Positions 61,093 through 64,000 of a stretch of DNA of 64,000 bases are shown here, one piece after another; the first letter of the stretch is position 1; every line of letters begins with the position of its first letter. A program made the translations under genes and the position numbers. The notes under the pieces are model-generated. The model worked only from the letters and a program-made list of their open reading frames with translations. It had not been told where the DNA came from and searched no databases. Source of the stretch: an uncultured Gemmatimonadales bacterium (GTDB lineage Bacteria > Gemmatimonadota > Gemmatimonadetes > Gemmatimonadales > GWC2-71-9); contig CAWEMG010000049.1 in assembly GCA_963810165.1 (NCBI GenBank), positions 11,366 to 75,365 on the forward strand, written 5' to 3'.

Positions 61093-62968
61093 CTACTCTC
61101 TGATCCAGATCCTAGCCGCCCGAGCCGGCAGCTGGGCCTTGAGCTTCCCGTCGACAACGTTCGCTGTCCCGCCCGCCGGAAAGGCGAGCCGATAACTTCC
61201 CTCCGCCGCGAGGGAGATCTCCTGTGGCGCATCCGAGACGTTGAACGCCACAATGGCGCGCTGGTCGCCCAGAACCCGGTCGTACGCCAGCAGGCCCCGG
61301 CGCATCGTCGGTAAGTAGCCAGTTCAAGGTTCCGTCGACGAACAGTCGCAGATTCTGCTTCCTCAGCGTGATCAGGTCGCGGTATACCCGGAAGAGCGCG
61401 GTGTCGGGCGCCACCGGGTCCCGCCGGCGAGGCCGGCCGAACGGATGTACCACCTCGTCCTCGTAGCGCTGATCCGACCACACCATCGGCTTCCGCTCGT
61501 CCGGGTCGTCGGCGCCCCACATGCCTACCTCGTCGCCGTTCCAGATGTGCGGCGCACCGATGTAGGTGAACTGCTGTGCCAGGATCATCTCCTGCGTCTG
61601 GCGGGTGCGCTGCGTCGGGCCGGTCGATCCGGTAGGCGGGGTCCTCGCGGGGCGAGTTGTGGTACTTGTAGCGGCCGGGATTGTAGATCGACGTGCCGAA
61701 GCGCGGAGTGTCGTGGCTCGCCGGTCAGGTTCATCATCGCCTTGACGTGCGTGGGGCCGATCCCGGTGGCCAGTGAGTCCAGGCTGTGCCGCGTACGCCG
61801 TGGGAGTGAGCGGCGCCGGCGCCTTCGCGAAGAAGCTGCGGGTCGGCATGTACCAGCGGTAGTTCATCACCGCGTCGAACACGTCGCCCTTGAGCCACGG
61901 GATCGGGTCGTAGATCGTGTCGGGCCATTTCTCCCACCATACCTCGCCCACCAGGTACGCCTCGGGGTTGATGCTCCGGACGAAGCGCCGGTAGTCGCGC
62001 CAGAAGCCCAGCGGAACCATCTCGGCCACGTCCAACCGGAAGCCGTCGACTCCGTCAGACGGGATCGCCGTCGCCATTGGGGTCCAGCCAGCGGCGGGTC
62101 ACGTGGAACACCTGGTCTCGGACGCCGGGGACGAGGTTGCCCTCGATCGCGCCGTGGGTCTTCCCCGGCGGCCGGCCCACCTTCTTCCATTCCGGCAGCC
62201 ATGGCACACCGACCCATCCGCGATACCGGAACTCGTTCGTGTCCGCGGTGGCAGGGTCATCGAAGCGCTCGATCGCGTACCAGTCGGCGAAGCGCGACGC
62301 GCGCTGCTTGGCGAGCACATCCTTCCAGGCCCAGAAAGAGATCCCGGTGTGGTTCCAGGAGTAGTCCATGATGATGCGCATGCCCGCGGCGATGCGCCTC
62401 GCGCACCAGGCGCGAGGAACAGGCTGTCGGCGGCGGTCCACTTCCAGGTGGCCGGGTCCACCGGGTTCTTCGGCCGCCATGAGGGCTTCGTCGCCGCGCG
62501 GGTCGGGGCCGAAGTTGCGGTCGATGTGGTGGTAGTTCCGGGCGTCGTACTTGTGCAGCGAGGGTGCGTCGTTCACCGGGTTGAGATACAGCGCCGTGAC
62601 GCCGAGATCCTGGAGATAGTCGAGCCGGTCGATGACGCCCTGGAGATCGCCGCCGTAGCGGCGGGACTGGACCGTGGCGTAGAAGTCCTTCCCGGTCGCT
62701 TTGGCCCAGGGCTCCTGCCGGTACCAGTCCTGCGACCAGGGCGTCGGCCGCCAGTCGCGGGGTGGCGGCTGATCCGTCACCCCTTCGATGTCGTGGGGGG
62801 TCGGATCGTTGGACGGGTCGCCGTTGCGAAAGCGTTCGACGAAGATCTGGTACCAGACCACGTCGCCGGCCCAGGCGGGCACGCTCCAGGTTGCCGCCGG
62901 GCGCCTCCTGGGGCGCGCCTCCTGGCGCAGGCGGCGCCGAGGAGCAGGAGAATCAGTAGCCTGGGCAA
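61093..62968 (-). pseudogene. GH13 glycosidase (cyclomaltodextrinase/neopullulanase-like), about 7 frame breaks
   Basis: Signal MPRLLILLLLGAACA. VVWYQIFVERFRNGDPSND, RRYGGDLQGVIDRLDYLQDLGVTALYLNPV, GH13 regions I IMDYSWNHTG, II GFRLDVAEM, III LVGEVW. IGAPHIWNGDEVGMWG. The end is ...KLKAQLPARAARIWIRE*. Confidence 0.85.
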
Positions 62969-62997
62969 TCAGCTCCCCGGCGCGATGCCGCCTTGCC

Positions 62998-63513
62998 TTA
63001 TCGCCTCCCTGCCGTCTCTCCTTCGAATGCGCGCTCCAGCGCCTCGATGTCGATCTTCTTCATCTTCAGCATCGCCTCCATGGCGCGGTCCGACTTCTCC
63101 CGGTCCGGATCGCTCATCATCTCGACCAGTGCTGTCGGCACCACCTGCCATGACAGGCCGTACTTGTCCTTGAGCCAGCCGCACTGCTGTGCCGCCGGAT
63201 CCCCACCCTGCGGTCAGCCGGTTCCAGTAGTGATCCACCTCCTCCTGGTCCCGGCACATGATCTGGAACGACACCGCCTCGTTGAACTTGAAGTGCGGGC
63301 CGCCATTGAGCGCGGTGAACGGTTGTCCGTTGAGCTCGAACTCGACGGTCATCACCGATCCCGCCGGCCTGCCATGGACTTCCGTCCGGCATCGCTGTAG
63401 CGAGTGATGGTGACGATCTTGGAGTTCTTGAAGATGCCGGTGTAGTACCGGGCTGCCTCTTCGGCCTGGGTATCGAACCACAGGCAGGGGGTAATTGGTT
63501 GGGTGGTCGCCAT
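62998..63513 (-). pseudogene. VOC-family / PhnB-like (3-demethylubiquinone-9 methyltransferase-domain) protein, 2 frame breaks
   Basis: GGAGGC lies before ATG 63513. MATTQPITPCLWFDTQAEEAARYYTGIFKNSKIV / [52 protein letters not shown] / [61 protein letters not shown]. Confidence 0.7.
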
Positions 63514-63719
63514 GGTAGCCTCCTATGGTTGTCGGTCAGGTAGGTGCTCGGGACGGGGCTCGCCTCCAGTCTGGAGGGTGCCCGATGCACGCTGGTAACG
63601 ACGCTCCAGCGCAGTCTGTCCCCACAGCCGCGACGACGCAAGTCTGGCCGGCCTCCTCGACTGCTGCTCCAAACCGATGCATCTTGTACTCCGACCTCAC
63701 TGATCGGCAGCTCCGACCT

Positions 63720-63854
63720 ATGACTGATTCCGAGAAGATGCTCCTGATGTTGATCTCCGTCGTAGCCGCGCTGGGGCTGGCTGGACTGTATTTGCTGCTG
63801 AAGGTGCTCTGGCGCATCGTCGCCGAGCTGGAAAAGAGAAACCGCTCCCTATGA
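63720..63854 (+). CDS. Small single-pass membrane protein, hypothetical
   Basis: MTDSEKMLLMLISVVAALGLAGLYLLLKVLWRIVAELEKRNRSL. The stop overlaps the next ATG (ATGA). Confidence 0.3.
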   Translation: MTDSEKMLLMLISVVAALGLAGLYLLLKVLWRIVAELEKRNRSL

Positions 63855-64000
63855 CATATGATCCGCCGGTACCCTGGTCTCCCTCCGGACCCAACGAGCA
63901 GCCCTCTACCCTGCCGAAGGACAGCCAGGGTCAGGCGATCAACGAAGATCGCCGGGAGCGGAAGGCTCGCGAGGCCGAGTTCGAAGAAAAGCATGGGCGC
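63851..64000 (+). CDS. Hypothetical protein, 5' part (runs off the window)
   Basis: MTYDPPVPWSPSGPNEQPSTLPKDSQGQAINEDRRERKAREAEFEEKHGR..., translationally coupled to the preceding small ORF. No family recognised. Confidence 0.25.
   Translation, partial: MTYDPPVPWSPSGPNEQPSTLPKDSQGQAINEDRRERKAREAEFEEKHGR

Noticed and set aside
62969-63481. 170-aa ORF as an independent gene
   Set aside because: Only its middle part (GSVMTVEFELNGQPFTALNGGPHFKFNEAVSFQIMCRDQEEVDHYWNRL) is family-like. It is the central piece of the frame-broken VOC/PhnB-like gene at 62998-63513.
1-64000. Programmed ribosomal frameshifting, or an unusual genetic code, as the explanation for the frame breaks
   Set aside because: Breaks occur in both directions, at dozens of unrelated positions, and without a recurring slippery heptamer or downstream structure that I could see. 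Intact neighbouring genes use the standard code and standard stops.
1-64000. tRNA, rRNA, tmRNA, cobalamin riboswitch near the mutase genes, integrase/transposase or prophage genes
   Set aside because: I read the spacers longer than about 80 nt (for example 5961-6168, 9287-9482, 22687-22872, 37566-38048, 39743-40188, 52918-53048). I saw no cloverleaf-like or other recognisable RNA gene pattern and no mobile-element enzyme. This was a by-eye inspection only; a covariance-model scan could still find something.

Overview
High-GC bacterial chromosomal window (roughly two-thirds G+C by eye). No rRNA, tRNA, CRISPR array, transposase or phage genes were recognised. All family calls come from reading the supplied translations and my own hand translations; no search was run. 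A SusC/SusD pair in a high-GC background suggests an FCB-group, Gemmatimonadota-like organism (inference only).

Layout:
(1) 0-9.3 kb: NfeD-like protease, an ECF sigma / anti-sigma / Spy-like operon, GDPD, the rng-rplU-rpmA operon with a near-consensus promoter, an acyl-CoA dehydrogenase and RecQ.
(2) 9.5-22.7 kb: an acyl-CoA catabolic cluster on the minus strand. It holds enoyl-CoA hydratase, split AtuA-like genes, an embedded S8 peptidase, a carboxyltransferase, a split methylmalonyl-CoA mutase, MeaB and an eRF1-like gene.
(3) 22.9-39.7 kb: a mix of small accessory genes (SDR, six-hairpin glycosidase, DUF1801, RibD_C-like, EamA, DUF3565, FMN reductase, DUF3291, Dph6-like, ABC-2 exporter, AlkZ-like, arginase-fold, DinB, cupin, SRPBCC, ArsR).
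(4) 40.2-63.0 kb: an alpha-glucan polysaccharide-utilisation locus (SusC, SusD, three GH13, GH2, a GH-A enzyme, GH97, GH77 MalQ, MFS sugar transporter).

Two things stand out.
(a) Intergenic elements built from short tandem 7-8 nt units arranged as inverted arms. The main family is a CACGGA[A/G]G-octamer element with four full copies and one solo arm in the PUL. One copy carries a ~49% GC core encoding a decayed GxxExxY (PD-(D/E)XK) gene, so it resembles a 23S-rRNA intervening sequence placed in an mRNA spacer. Three right arms run into the signal peptides of secreted enzymes.
(b) A very large and strongly patchy load of reading-frame breaks. I count about 21 in susC, none in 3.6 kb of neighbouring small genes, and none in the mutase large subunit. 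This is either uneven consensus or indel error, or real gene-by-gene decay. I cannot tell which from sequence alone. 'Pseudogene' below means only 'frame broken in this sequence'.
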